From the NCBI GenBank assembly GCA_001724265.1, contig MEDY01000013.1, positions 1 through 64,000 on the forward strand: a stretch of DNA of 64,000 nt, given 5' to 3'. Every line of letters begins with the position of its first letter. Position 1 is the first letter of the stretch. This DNA is from Rhizaria sp. SCN 62-66. Its lineage: Eukaryota. The notes under the pieces were generated by a model that saw only the letters and a list, made by a program, of their open reading frames with translations, did not search any database and was not told the DNA's origin. Below, piece after piece: positions 52,233-64,000 of this stretch. The position numbers and the translations under genes were made by a program.

Positions 52233-55200
52233 ATGGACTATAATAACCAGTACAACAACCAGTACGGCGGCCAGCACAACTCCTACGCCCAGCCTAACTA
52301 CGGTCTGCCCCAGGGCCAGTACAACGCCCAGGCCGGCGCCTACACCAACTTCAACGTTGACCCCGCGCTCTTCGCCACTGCCCAGCAGCCTCAGCAGCAG
52401 CAGCACCACGGCAATAACAACCAGCGCAACAGCCACGGCCACCACGGTCACAACGCCTTCAACGCGATGCACACGCCCGCGACCGTGCTCTCCGGCTTCC
52501 CCATGCCGCAGCAGTACATCGGCGCGCCCGTTCCCGTCATCCCTGCGCCCCAGGCCCAGCAGCACTACCAGGCCCAGCCCCCCGCGCCCTCGGCCATCGC
52601 CGCCGTTGCCAACAACAACAACAACAACAACAACAACGGTCGTGGTAAGCAGCAGCACAACCAGCAGCAGCCCAAGCAGCAGCAGCAGCAGCAGCAGCAG
52701 AACCAGCCTAAGCAACAGCAACAGCAGCAGCAGCCTAAGCAGCAGCAGAACAACCAGCAGCAGCCCAAGCAGCAGCAGCAGCAGCAGCCCAAGCAGCAGC
52801 AGCAGCAGAACCAGCCTAAGCAGCAGCAGCAGCAGCAGAACCAGCAGCAGCCCAAGCAGCAGAACCAGCAGGCCGCCACTGCGAACTCCAACGCCAACAA
52901 CAGCGGTAACGCTGGAAAGAAGGCTGCCCTGCCCAAGGCCGAGCAGGCCCCGAAGGCGGAGGCGGCCGAGATGTCCGCCGCCGAGCGCGCCGAGGCCGTC
53001 GTGGACTCCGCCGCACTCGCTTCTGAGGTCGACAAGACCGTTCAGTGGGCGGACGAGGGCAAGGTCCTCGGCGCCCGCAACGTCGCGTTTGAGAACGCTG
53101 CGTTCGCGAACATGAAGACGGGTATCAACTTCTCGATGTATGACTCCATCAAGGTTGAGGTCCGCGGCACGTTCCCCGGCCTGACCCCGCTTGCGACCTT
53201 CTCGCAGTTCCCCATGCCGCCCTTCATGCGCAACTCGATCACCCTGGCCGGCTACGACGTCCCCACTCCGATCCAGAAGTACTCACTGCCCATCGCTGGC
53301 GCTGGATCGTTGCGCGACATCATGGCGTGCGCGCAGACCGGCTCCGGCAAGACGGTCGCGTTTCTGCTTCCGCTGCTCCAGCGCTACGCTATGGGCCTTA
53401 TCCCCTGGGCACACAAGCGCGGTGACAGCCTCCTTATGGTCAAGGACCCCAAGGGCGGCGCCCTGCACAAGAAGTTTGCCCCGTCGGCGATGATTCTGGC
53501 GCCCACCCGCGAGCTCGCTATCCAGATCGCGGAGGAGGCGGATAAGTTCGGCTACCGCTCTCCGCTCAAGACCGTGCTTGTTTACGGCGGCACCCGCCAG
53601 CAGGGCTCCTCTCTGCTTTCGTGCAAGGTACGATTACATGTAAAAACAAAGCAAAAACATACGAAGCAATGTTAATGAACAATTGATCCTGTGACTTGAG
53701 ACAAATCAACACAGATTTCATGTAAAAATTTAAATTGCCTATTTTTGTATTTGTATTGTTCATATGCTCACATGTCTGGTCTATATTCTCTTCTTTTGTC
53801 GCGATACGAACACAGGCGGATATCCTCATCGCGACCCCCGGCCGTCTGATCGAGTACTATGACCAGCACCTCATCACTCTGTCCCAGGTCCAGTACTTGG
53901 TCGTTGACGAGGCTGACCGCATGCTCGACATGGGTTTCGAGCCCCAGGTCAGCAAGATCGTTTTCAAGTTCGACATGACCAAGGACCGCACTCGCACCGC
54001 CGCCCTCGTCGCTGAGGCCGAGGCCGCCAAGATCAAGGTTTCCCCGCTGTACCGCCAGACGCTCATGTTTTCCGCCACCTTCCCCACCGCGATCCAAAAG
54101 ATGGCGCGTGACTTCCTCGCCTCTGACTTCATGTACCTCGCCGTCGGCGTCGTCGGCGCGACTTCGGAACTCGTGACTCAGACGTTCGCCTACGTCGCCA
54201 CTGAGGACAAGTTCGACCTCCTCGTCAATGAGCTCAAGGAGCGCAACGACCGTACGGTGCTGTTCATGGAGCAGAAGCACAAGTGCAACAAGATGGTTGC
54301 CGCTCTTGCCAAGGAGGGCATCCAGGCCGCCGCCATCCACGGCAACAAGTCTCAGGTACGTATATCGCTACTCTGTTTAACAAAAAGACGTCTCGTGGCA
54401 CTAAATTTGTGTGATTATGTACCATAATATGTATTTATCGCTAATGTATATCATAATTTATATCATACTTTATTTTCGCGTCTTCATACTCACGTATATT
54501 CCGCTAAATGCCTTGCTTGCATTTCTTAGGCGCAACGCGAGGACGCTCTGCGCGCCTTCAAGGCTGACGAAGTCAAGGTCCTGGTCGCCACCGACGTCGC
54601 TGCCCGCGGCCTCGACATCCCTGAAGTCGCCACTGTCGTCAACTTCGACCTCCCCATCGTGTTCGACTCCTATGTCCACCGCATTGGCCGTACTGGCCGC
54701 TGCGGCCACACGGGCACCTCCATCACGTTCCTCAACGAGAACTCGCCTGTCAGCGCGCTCCGCGAGCTCAGGAACGCCCTTCAGGTACGCTTTCTGTCAA
54801 TATAGAATGCGGCTCTTAACAGGTGACCTGTTCTATATATATCTCCAAATAGCACTAAGACTGCTTTTTGATGATCAAATATGACATCTTTGTCTCAATA
54901 CCAACCTGCCTTGTTTTCCTACTGTTTTTCTCATTCTTTTTTTGCGTTGTTTTAATCATTTTGCACAGGACGCCAAGACCACCGCTGTCCCCGACTTCGT
55001 CGACAAGCTCATCGCCCTCAACGGCCGCAACGCGACCGAGAAGCCCCCTCAGCAGGGCCGTGGCGGCCGCGGCACCAAGGTGCATGACCACGAAGGCTTC
55101 GGCCAGCTCTCGACGAAGTTCATGAAGGAGAATGGGATTGAGATCCCCAAGCCGACGGTGATCAACCCGCGCGGCGGCGGCCAGCAGAAGAAGCAGCAGC

Positions 55201-55391
55201 AGGGCCAGGGCCACGGCCACGGCCACGGCCAGCAGCAGCAGCAGCAGGGTCAGAAGCAGCAGCAGCAGGGCCAGGGCAAGGGCCAGGGCCAGGGCCAGGG
55301 CCAGCAGCAGCAGAAGCAGGGCGGACAGCAGCAGCAGCAGCAGAAGCAGCAGCAGCAGGGCCAGGGCCAGCGCGGCGGCAACCGCCGTTAA
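52233..55391 (+). CDS. DED1: DEAD-box RNA helicase of the DED1/DDX3/Vasa group with Q/N-rich tails (870 aa); exons 52233-53627, 53816-54355, 54530-54784, 54969-55391
   Basis: [15 protein letters not shown] (DDX3-type N-terminal extension), [68 protein letters not shown] and [10 protein letters not shown]. Three phase-0 introns. Ends in TAA. Orthologue versus divergent paralogue is not resolved. Confidence 0.85.
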
Positions 55392-55606
55392 AGCCAGCAA
55401 GTGCAGCAGAATTGAACGCAACAAAAACAATACCACGTTGAGTTGCCTGACTGGTTACAACACTTGTACTTGCGTTACGTATACGCATGTGAAGATAATG
55501 TTGTGAAATGGCACGCAAGGTGTGGTTGTTTTGTTGTTTCATTCTCTCTCTCTCTTTATGTTGACTCTGTTTTTTCCTCCTCGTTTCTCATCACGTTTCT
55601 CAACTT

Positions 55607-55894
55607 TACGACGAAAGCTACTCTGAGATGGCATACTTAGCATGACAAGATTAGACGCTTAAATGTAACACAACATCACACAGCATTACTATCGAGCGCA
55701 ATGGACTAGACCTTGGGATCTTATAACTGTGTGTGGGTTTTACATCATAATCACTGCCGTTTGTGATCTAACTGGAGCCGCTGCAGTTACAACTCCTAAG
55801 TCATTCCTTGTTATCTACGTTTCGCTCTGATGTGTGATGTGTCGTATCGTCTAATAGTCTTGCTTCGTTGGTCGCAAGTAGCAATCGTAGTCGT
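55607..55894 (+). ncRNA. Candidate ~285-nt rod-like hairpin downstream of (likely in the 3' UTR of) the DED1-like gene
   Basis: At least eight nested stems centred near 55758, including the perfect 10-bp pair 55673-55682/55831-55840. Confidence 0.4.
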
Positions 55895-56609
55895 TTTCTT
55901 GTTTGAGTAACGCGTGTTGTTGTTGTCGTTGAAATAATCGCGTGTCACTAATTACACATCTAACACTCAATGACAGTAACATGAATGATAGCAACAACAA
56001 AAGCCATAGGACAAAGTGGACTTTCTGTTCTTGTTGCTTTTGAAGCTCTTGTCTGTTGTTAAGTTATCTTGTAATAGTGAGGTGACAGGCGTAGGCTCAT
56101 CCTGTAAAGCGCTAAATTTCTCCTTTTTAGTTCGTCGCTGTTCACCTTTTCGTGTTTAAGTCGCCTCTAAAAAGTGTGTCTCTCTATTGTTTTGGTTTCC
56201 TTTCTTCCTTCTTTCCTTTCCTTTCTTCCCTCTTGATCTATAATACTGTTGCTACATAAAAGTAATCATCTCTACGATATATGCACACGTTATTCAGACA
56301 ATACAACTAAGTTCTCTTTTATGCTAAACTCTTCATAGCTCGGTGCGAGAGATAATAAAAAACACATGTGAGTGTATTAGTGTTATTATGTTACAAAATA
56401 AGATGGCCGTAGCCGCTTGAAAACAGTGCTAGATAACAAATACACGAGTTTACTCGCTAGTCGATCAGTCAGCGAAATCGCAATTGACATTGATAATTAT
56501 AATTAGAAAAGGCTAATATAACCAAACAGTAATTTACTTTCAGGGGTCCCAACCCACTCACTAGTCAGTCAGATCACGGTGTGTGTGATGCTCACAGTCG
56601 CTTCGCAAC

Positions 56610-57741
56610 TCACCCAATAATCGTGGGCGCAGCGGCCGTGCTCAGCACTTCCTGTGCCACCGCCGAAGTTAAGCCGCCACCCGTCCCCGGGACCAAAGTT
56701 AAGCCGCCGCCGTCCCTGTGCTGCAAGTACAGAGCACGCGCGTGCCGGGATAAGGGCCCACCAAAGATCAGCTCAACATGAAGTAGAATGACAAAGCAGA
56801 CAGAAAGTGAGTAAACGACCCGGAAAGTGAGTGAACGGTCAGCCCAGGCAGTGACGCGACGCTGCGGCTTAATCGCACTAGTCGACTGACGCTGCCTCTG
56901 ACTCGGGCTCTGTTGTGACGTGACAGAGATAGAGCTAGAGGTCGAGCTAGAGGTGAAGAGAGAAGTGAAGGGGGTAGTGACAGTGCGGTAAAGCCGCGTC
57001 ACAGGGCACTTGGACACAACGCTGGCTACAGGGCACGCAGCAACACCAGCGCTAGCATCGGCAGCAATCGCAATCCCAGGCACCGCCGGAGTCGTACCAA
57101 CAGAAGCACTCATAGTCGCGTTCGAGCTAGAGCTATTGCCCGTGCCGGTGCCAGCGCCAGCATTATTGTTGTCATCGTTCCCGCTGACGTCGTCCTTATT
57201 GGAGCGCGAGGGAAAGAGGAACGCTGAGACGAACGCGAGCGCAGGCGCCAAGAGCGGTGCGCACGTCGCGAACTCGACGCAACTATCACGCAAAGCACGG
57301 ATGGGGCCAGTGACGGGGCAGCCTGAGCGGACTGAGGGGGCATCGAAGTCCGCGGAGGTGATGATTCCGGGGATGCGAGAGGTCGGAAGCGGGACGGCAG
57401 TGGCGGGGACGTCGACGGAGGCTGTTGTGGCGGCCGCGGTGGCGGCAGCGGCGGCGGCGGCGGCGGCGGCGGTGGAGGTAGCGAAGTCTTCCTCTTCCTG
57501 GGGTAATCAAGTCAGTGCAGGGGAAGAAATTCAGATGTTAGCGTCGAAATAAGAGTGTTTGAGAATAAATGTGAGTATACTATATAGCCTAACGTCAATT
57601 CTTTTGTTACCGCGAGAGATCTACAGGAAGAAAACGCACTTTAGTGGAGGAGGAGTCCCAGCCCCACCACTGGAGAACGAAGAGGAACATGCCTAGGAGC
57701 ACGGCAAAGACCCCAACAACAAGGCGGAATGGACACACCAT
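56610..57741 (-). CDS. Small membrane protein of unknown function (about 329 aa); exons 57741-57640 and 57497-56610
   Basis: Exon 1 encodes the hydrophobic MVCPFRLVVGVFAVLLGMFLFVLQWWGW. Phase-0 intron 57639-57498 (GTGCGT...CAG). Further TM-like segments include VVYSLSVCFVILLHVELIFGG. Ends in TGA, or alternatively splices at GTGAGT. Confidence 0.6.
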
Positions 57742-58947
57742 CAGTGCGTTATTCAACGGCAGCGGCCGCTAGTTTGTGTGAAAGGGGAATGAGGCTTAGC
57801 CGGGTTGGTCTTTTGTTGGCACGCGAAGGGTGTCAGGATGCAGCAACAACTCAAGCTCAATGGCCGACGGCGTCTCTGAAACCTGTGAATTAGGGTATAG
57901 ATAGCGTACGGTGAAATTTTGTTAAAAACATAATGGCCAATATCAATGTATATTTCTGATATCCGAATATTATGGTCAGAGACGGTGACTATCTGAACGA
58001 ACTCGAATTGACCCAAAGTGGCTCGTCTCGGGGCGACGTGGCGGCGCACGCTCCGACACCCTCCGTTGCACTGCCAAGTGAAACCACAACAAAACATACA
58101 CCACGACTTGATAAATTTGGCATGGCGTCTTGTACCAGCCATTGTGCATGAAAATAGTCATTGTTTTTTGACTTTGTGAGACTCTCGCAAGTATATCCCT
58201 TGAAATGTCACGAAATGCACAATGCGAGGGTGTTGTCATCTACCGCAAAGCAAGGTTTTGCAACTGTTAATGACATAGCTGCGCGAAATGGCCCGCATTT
58301 CGGGATACAAGGTTGCGGATTGTTGCGTGAATCTGGGTATTTGTTTGCTATTCTGCTATTAGCCCTTCTATCTAGCTTGTTTTCTCTATTAACCACAAAA
58401 CTCAATGTTGACAAAAATACAGAATATGGCGTAGATACTTTAGGACGGTGTCTATGAGACTCATATTTTGACATAAAACCCAAAGCATGGTATGAGAAAA
58501 CTATGTTTGAATTTGCATAGCTCTTTGAAATAACTCAGTTACAACTCGAACACGTTGTTTTGAGTCGCTCTTGCCAACGTCCAGTGGCGCGAAAGCGAGG
58601 GTCGGGCTCTCGAGTCGTTCGGACGCGTTAGGAAAAGTACAGATGTGACGCGAAAGTCACGTGTTTAACGCATCGTACGGTTTAACGACGCCTACCGTGC
58701 GTTCTGTAAGTCTTCTCTATTTTGGATTTTTCGCTGGTGGATATCTAACTTCACTCTTTCTCGTTAACCTCTAACTCCTTAGACCCGCATCTCACTAACT
58801 CCCCTGAATTACATCCTCTCCTGCGTAACAAAATCGCTTAGAAACACAGCCCAACCAGAGACAGTACGTTTAGTCAGTGGTTGGGTCTATAGACAAACTG
58901 GTTTCGCACTGAAGAACTCACGTCTTGGGTGTCTATTTTAGAAAACC

Positions 58948-60762
58948 ATGGACAACAAGGCTCTTCTAGACCAGCTCATGGGCGAAGGTCGCGACGACGT
59001 GTCCTCGGCGGGCAACAAACTCTCCTTCACCGACTCACAGGCCTGCCGCAACGCCCTCGTTTGGGAATGCTCCCGCAACAACCTCATCAAGATGCGCCGC
59101 GGCCACACCGCGCATCTGACCCCTTGCTCCCTCCGCCATGATCCGTACTTGAAGTCGCAATACGCCTCCGCAATGGCGCAATACCGTGCGCACCGCCTCA
59201 AGGCCGACCCGGCGTGGAACGGCACGGCCGACGGCGACCCCTGGGGCTTTTCTCACGACCTTGAGCGCACACTAGAGCGCGAAATTGCCCGCATCGACAC
59301 CACCATCGCCGAAGTGAAAGCCCGCGCCGACGCCGTTCGCGAGCCCGCTGACTTGGAAGTACCCGCCTACACCGCGCTGTCGACCCAGATTGCTCTCGTG
59401 CAGGGCGACGCCGCGCGGCTGGCGGCCGAGGGGCGCGCCGAGGACTGCGCGCTGATGCTGCAAATGGCGCACGATCTGGACGGGCAGCGCGTCGTCGTCT
59501 TGGCGCAGTTGATCGCGGAGCAGCTTGCGGAGAGCTACGTGCCTCCGCCGCCTGAACTCGTCGCCGCCGCCGCCGCTGCCGCTGAGGCTGCTGCTGCTTC
59601 TGCTGGCGCCACTGCTGCGAGTGGCGATAACAAGGATGCCACGGACAAGTCTGAGACGGCGACTGAAGTGGCTGAGAGCGACAACAAGACGGAGAGCAGC
59701 AGCAAGACTGACGCTGGCATCGCTGTTGCTTCAGGTGACAGTACCGCCAAGTCAGAGTTCCAGGCCAGTGGCTACAACGTCAACAAGGACAAAGACACCA
59801 GCGGCGACTCTGCTACCGCTGGCGAGAATGCTAGCGGTCCCTCTGCGAGTGTCAGCGTAAGTACCTCGCATGCGCCGGCGATCCACCCGTCGCGCCTCAC
59901 TCTCGCCTCTGCCCCCGCCCCGCCTGCCCGCGGCCCCCCGCACCACATCGACCTCGCCGCTCTCGGTGTCGCACAGCCGTTACTGCGTCCCACCATCCAC
60001 GACGCGCCCGCCTCTGCCGCCGAAGTCACGCGCGCCATCGCGGCCGCGCACAAGTTCCGCGCGTGCCCCGTGTGCGGCGCGCTTGCCAGCGTGCACGACG
60101 CGTTGCACCGCGCTGTGGAGCACTTGACCGGGGATCAGCACGCAGTGGCCGTCGCGATGCGGGCTGAGCTGGCGCGGCTGAAGGAAGTTAAGCCGCGCCC
60201 GGCGGGGTATTTCAGGGAGAATCGTCATTTGCTGCCCGCTGAGCTCCCCGGATTTGCGTCGAGCCGCAATAGCTACAGCAGTGGCACAAACTATACTAAC
60301 AGCAGCAGCTCACATATCAACAACAACAACAACAACTATGGCGCTAACAGGGGAGGTGACAGCTACCGTGGCGGCAGCACCGGGGGCCGTGACGCTGACT
60401 GGCGTCGCCGCCGCAGCAGCAGCCGCAGTCCTCCTCGTGGCGGCGGCCACGACCGAGACCGTGACCGTGACCGTGACCGTGACCGTGACCGTGACCGTGA
60501 CCGTGAGCGCTTTGGTGACCGTGACCGTGGCCGTGGCTTCGGTGACCGTGACCGTGAGCGCAGTGACCGTGACCGCAGTGACCGTGGGCGTGGTGGTGGA
60601 TATGGCCGCAGCAGCCGAAGTCGCAGCCGCAGTCCGCCCCGTGGAGGTGGTGGCTACGGCGGCGGTCGAGATAACGATGACGATGATATCTTGGCTAAGA
60701 TGGAGGCTGCGAAGCGCAAGCGGCAGATGGAGAGTAGTTATCGCAATGACCGTCGGTACTAA
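58948..60762 (+). CDS. LUC7: LUC7-family U1 snRNP-associated splicing factor, 604 aa
   Basis: N-terminal ALLDQLMG, ZnF1 CRNALVWEC...PCSLRHD, ZnF2 CPVCGALASVHDALHRAVEHLTGDQH, and an RS/RD-rich C-terminus. Ends in TAA. Confidence 0.85.
   Translation: MDNKALLDQLMGEGRDDVSSAGNKLSFTDSQACRNALVWECSRNNLIKMRRGHTAHLTPCSLRHDPYLKSQYASAMAQYRAHRLKADPAWNGTADGDPWGFSHDLERTLEREIARIDTTIAEVKARADAVREPADLEVPAYTALSTQIALVQGDAARLAAEGRAEDCALMLQMAHDLDGQRVVVLAQLIAEQLAESYVPPPPELVAAAAAAAEAAAASAGATAASGDNKDATDKSETATEVAESDNKTESSSKTDAGIAVASGDSTAKSEFQASGYNVNKDKDTSGDSATAGENASGPSASVSVSTSHAPAIHPSRLTLASAPAPPARGPPHHIDLAALGVAQPLLRPTIHDAPASAAEVTRAIAAAHKFRACPVCGALASVHDALHRAVEHLTGDQHAVAVAMRAELARLKEVKPRPAGYFRENRHLLPAELPGFASSRNSYSSGTNYTNSSSSHINNNNNNYGANRGGDSYRGGSTGGRDADWRRRRSSSRSPPRGGGHDRDRDRDRDRDRDRDRDRERFGDRDRGRGFGDRDRERSDRDRSDRGRGGGYGRSSRSRSRSPPRGGGGYGGGRDNDDDDILAKMEAAKRKRQMESSYRNDRRY
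60451..60504 (+). repeat. (GACCGW)9 hexamer repeat encoding (Asp-Arg)9
   Basis: Tandem hexamer in the LUC7 RS/RD domain. Confidence 0.95.
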
Positions 60763-61154
60763 AAGTCTTAGACATAACTATACGTTACACAGTTTTATTT
60801 ACTCCATACACATTCAATTTGGACGTAACTCCGCTTAAATCTACTCTTGTGCGACCCCGTGCGTTTGTGCGTGCTTGGCAAAATGCATTCGTGGTGAGAT
60901 CCGACCGGACTGAGGTCTGCGTTTGGTATCTCAACTCTAGCCTATATCCCGACGTGCGTTGCGAATGCCGTCAATTTGCGCGGGTGTGCTTTAGTTTGAT
61001 CTTTATTTCTGAAATATTCCTGAGGGAAACCACCACGATCTATTCCACTTTGGACTGCTAGATCTAACTTGCATCACCGACCACTCAAACCCAACTCACG
61101 CCCACTTCGCTTTCTCGCTTTCCCGCGCTCAAACATTATCTTCCGCACATCCAG

Positions 61155-64000
61155 ATGGCGTCTAACGTGGTGATCCCCGTCAAAAGCGAGGCTGACCGCC
61201 GCGAGTACCGCATCCTGACTCTCCCCAACGAGCTGCAAGTCACCCTCTGCTCCGATCCTGAAGCCACGATGGCCGCGGCCGCGATGGACGTTGGCGTCGG
61301 CTCGTTCTCGGACCCGATCGAGGCGCCCGGTCTCGCGCATTTTCTCGAGCACATGCTGTTCCTCGGCACGGAGAAGTACCCCGACGAGAACAGCTACTCG
61401 GCGACTCTGGCCAAGTTCGGCGGCTACTCCAACGCCTGGACCAGCATGGAGAATACCAACTTCTACTTCGAGGTTAACGCCAACAATTTGGACGAGATGC
61501 TCGACCGCTTCGCCCAGTTCTTTATTGCGCCTCTCTTCACCGAGACGGCGACGGACCGCGAGATGAACGCTGTGCACTCGGAACACCAGAAGAACCTCCA
61601 GAACGACTCCTGGCGCGACTTCCAGCTTCTCAAGGCCCTCGTCAACCCCGACCACCCCATGGGCCGTTTCGCCACCGGCGACCTCACCACGCTGCGCGAT
61701 CTCCCCAAGCAGCATGGCATTAACGTCCGCGACCTCCTCATTGCGTTCCATGCCAAGCACTACTCGTCCTCGCTGATGAAGCTCGCCGTCGTTGGCAAGG
61801 AGAGCCTTGACCAGCTTGAGAAGTGGGTTGTCGACCGTTTCTCCCCGGTCAAGCGTATCGCCACCGCCACTCCGCCCGTCTTCAGCGAGGATGTTATCCG
61901 CTCCCCGCACGACACTGCCGCGCTGATCCGCTACGCGCCTGTGAAGGACCTGCGCGCACTCAGCCTCACGTGGCAGATGCCCAGTACCAACGCCGTCTAC
62001 GCCACGCGCCCCGCCGGGTTCATCTCGCACTTGCTGGGCCACGAGGGCGAGGGATCGCTCTTCTCCAAGCTCAAGCGCATGGGGCTCGCCACGTCGCTCA
62101 CTGCGGGGCCGTCGCACACGGCGACGTGCTTCGCGATGTTCTACGTGACGATCCGCCTCACGGAGGCCGGTATGTCCAAGACCGACCAGATCGCGGAAAT
62201 GGTATACGCGTACCTCTCGCTCTTGAGCCAGGCCTCCGACAGCGAGCTTAAGGCCCAGTTTGACGAGTGGGCCGCGATCTCCTCTTTCGCGTTCCGCTTC
62301 AAGTCCAAGGAGTCCGTCTCTGGCTACGCGTCGCAGCTTGCCAACAGCATGCACACTTATGCCCCCGCCGATCTCCTCGCGGGACCCAACGTGCCGACTG
62401 TGTTTGACGTCGCGCTTATCCGCAAGTACCTCGCCTGCTGCACCCCGCGCCGCGCCGTGACCACGTTCGCCGCCAAGGCCCTCGCGAGCGCCGTCAAGTT
62501 CGACAAGACCGAGAAATGGTACGGCACCCAGTACGCTGCCACCCCCATCCCCGAGGCGGTTTACCTTAAGTACGAGTCGCCTTCGGCCGAGGCGTGCGCT
62601 GAGATGCATCTCCCGCGTCCCAACGCCTTCATCCCGACCGACTTTGACATCCGCACCGAGTCATCCCTCGCGCTCGCTCCCCCCGCCGCCTCGGCCACTT
62701 TCTCCGGCGCCGACAACACGTCCGCGCTCGACGCTGTGCTGTTCGCGGCGCTCATGAACCAGCGCGTTGCGCAGTGCTACCGCTACTGCTGCGGCCGCGA
62801 CGCCGCCGCGCACGGCAGCCCCGTGACCGCGGATGATTTCAGTCATGCCGCGTCCACGCTAGTCCCCGCCGCGGACTGCGCTGACCGCTTCAAGTGGTCC
62901 CAGGTTCCGCCGCAGCGCGTCGAAGTGCCTGTGCCCGTCAAGACGATGTTCGACGTCCTGGCGGAGCAGCGCGCCGCTTCGGCCGCCAACAACGCCAGCG
63001 GCGCTGCTTCCCCGGCCGCTGGCGCTGAGGCTGAGGCCGAGGACGATGAGGACGCTGAGGCTGAGGCTGGTGCTGAGGGAGATTCTGCTGACGCCGAGGC
63101 CGAGGCTGCCCCTGCTTCCCCCGTTGCCGCGCCGCTGAGCGACGAGGACAAGGCGCCCGAGCGCGTCGACTCTGTCGTCGTCCCCGTTGAGCTGTGGCAC
63201 AAACTTGACCGCGTGTTCTCTCTGCCCAAGGCCATCGCGTGCCTGCAGCTGTATCTGCCCGAGGCGCACTCCTCCGCCGCGGCCAGTGTGATGACCGTGC
63301 TCTACACGTCCCTGGTCGAGGACTCGCTCAATGAAGTCGTGTACGACGCTGATGTCGCGCAGCTCAGCTTCAACTTCAGCTCCATGTCGCAGGCGCATCC
63401 CGTGATGCTCTCTTTCCGCGGTTACTCTCACAAGCTGCCCGCGTTCATTGACACGGTGCTGCAGCGCCTCAAGACGCTCGTCGTTGATCCCACGCGCTTT
63501 GTCGTCATCAAGGAGCAGATTGCGCGCTCGTATGCCAATCGGTCTAAGGCCGCTGCCTACGAGTCGGCGCGCAGCATGGGCGGGTACGTAACGCACACAA
63601 AACAAACGCATTTATTGCTTCAAATGATGTATAAATGAAAATTGCATGTATAAATATTTGTAAAATGCTTATTTGAAGCACCCCTTGTAAAATTCTCTTG
63701 ATATGTAATCTTTCTCACTTTATCTCTTTTACTTGTTTTTGTTTTGCTTTCAAATCTCTCTAGCTACCTGATGTCTGGTTCATACAACGACAACGAGCTC
63801 GCGGCCGCCCTCGCCCCGATCGACGTCCCGACCCTCCAAGCCTTCGCTGGCCGCCTCATGGCGCGCGGCGCAGTCTCCATGCTTGTCCACGGCAACGCCA
63901 CGCGCGATGAGGCAATCGCTCTCGCCCAGCAAGTGCACAAGACTCTCGACCTCGCGCCCGTCATGCCGCGCGAAATTGCTGAGGAGCGCCAGGCGCAGTT
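61155..64000 (+). CDS. IDE: Insulin-degrading-enzyme-like metallopeptidase (M16A), 3'-truncated by the window; exons 61155-63583 and 63764-end
   Basis: KSEADRREYR...LPNEL, GSFSDP..PGLAHFLEHMLFLGTEKYP (inverted HXXEH zinc motif), REMNAVHSEH, HLLGHEGEGSL, LPRPNAFIPTDF, and MLVHGN in exon 2. Phase-2 intron 63584-63763 (GTACGT...TAG). Confidence 0.92.

Noticed and set aside
56560-56612. TGA as a sense codon (Trp or Sec)
   Set aside because: No internal TGA occurs in any gene model and Trp is encoded by TGG. Reading through 56610 meets further TGAs and non-coding-like sequence.
56666-56716. Direct repeat with 30-nt period (AAGTTAAGCCGCC..CGTCCC)
   Set aside because: A two-copy in-frame micro-duplication within a coding exon; not CRISPR-like or a mobile-element end.
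61074-62609. Long antisense and alternative-frame ORFs (also 39471-40838, 30030-31640, 31489-33036 and many within 41689-50904)
   Set aside because: Shadow ORFs expected from GC-rich codon bias opposite real genes; no recognisable domains.
63584-63763. Introns as young introner transposons (A/C-rich 5' ends complementary to T/G-rich 3' ends)
   Set aside because: Complementarity is short and low-complexity; no shared sequence family or target-site duplications were visible among the 15 introns.

Overview
Gene-dense eukaryotic (protist-like) nuclear DNA with GC-rich exons and AT-rich GT-AG introns. I find 14 complete genes and one 3'-truncated gene: an MFS transporter, a probable mitochondrial membrane protein, a large disordered protein, a full-size ABCA transporter, a Qc-SNARE, a TPR-like protein, DBP2/DDX5, a WH2 plus RhoGAP-like protein, a MORN-repeat protein, a PDZ protein, a 3071-aa HEAT-like protein, a DED1/DDX3-like helicase, a small membrane protein, LUC7 and an insulysin. 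The main signal is a non-standard nuclear genetic code. Thirteen in-frame TAG codons interrupt otherwise open frames in four genes, mostly in Gln-rich context. No internal TAA or TGA occurs, and 13 of 14 complete genes end in TAA followed by a purine. UAG therefore appears to be a sense codon (most likely Gln) while UAA remains stop. Secondary signals: all 15 reconstructed introns are 141-190 nt with a GTNYG donor that never has A at +4; acceptor-like YAG sites precede many start codons; and several long, hand-folded RNA structures flank the two DEAD-box helicase genes. All gene models and folds were derived by eye, with no database searches or folding software.
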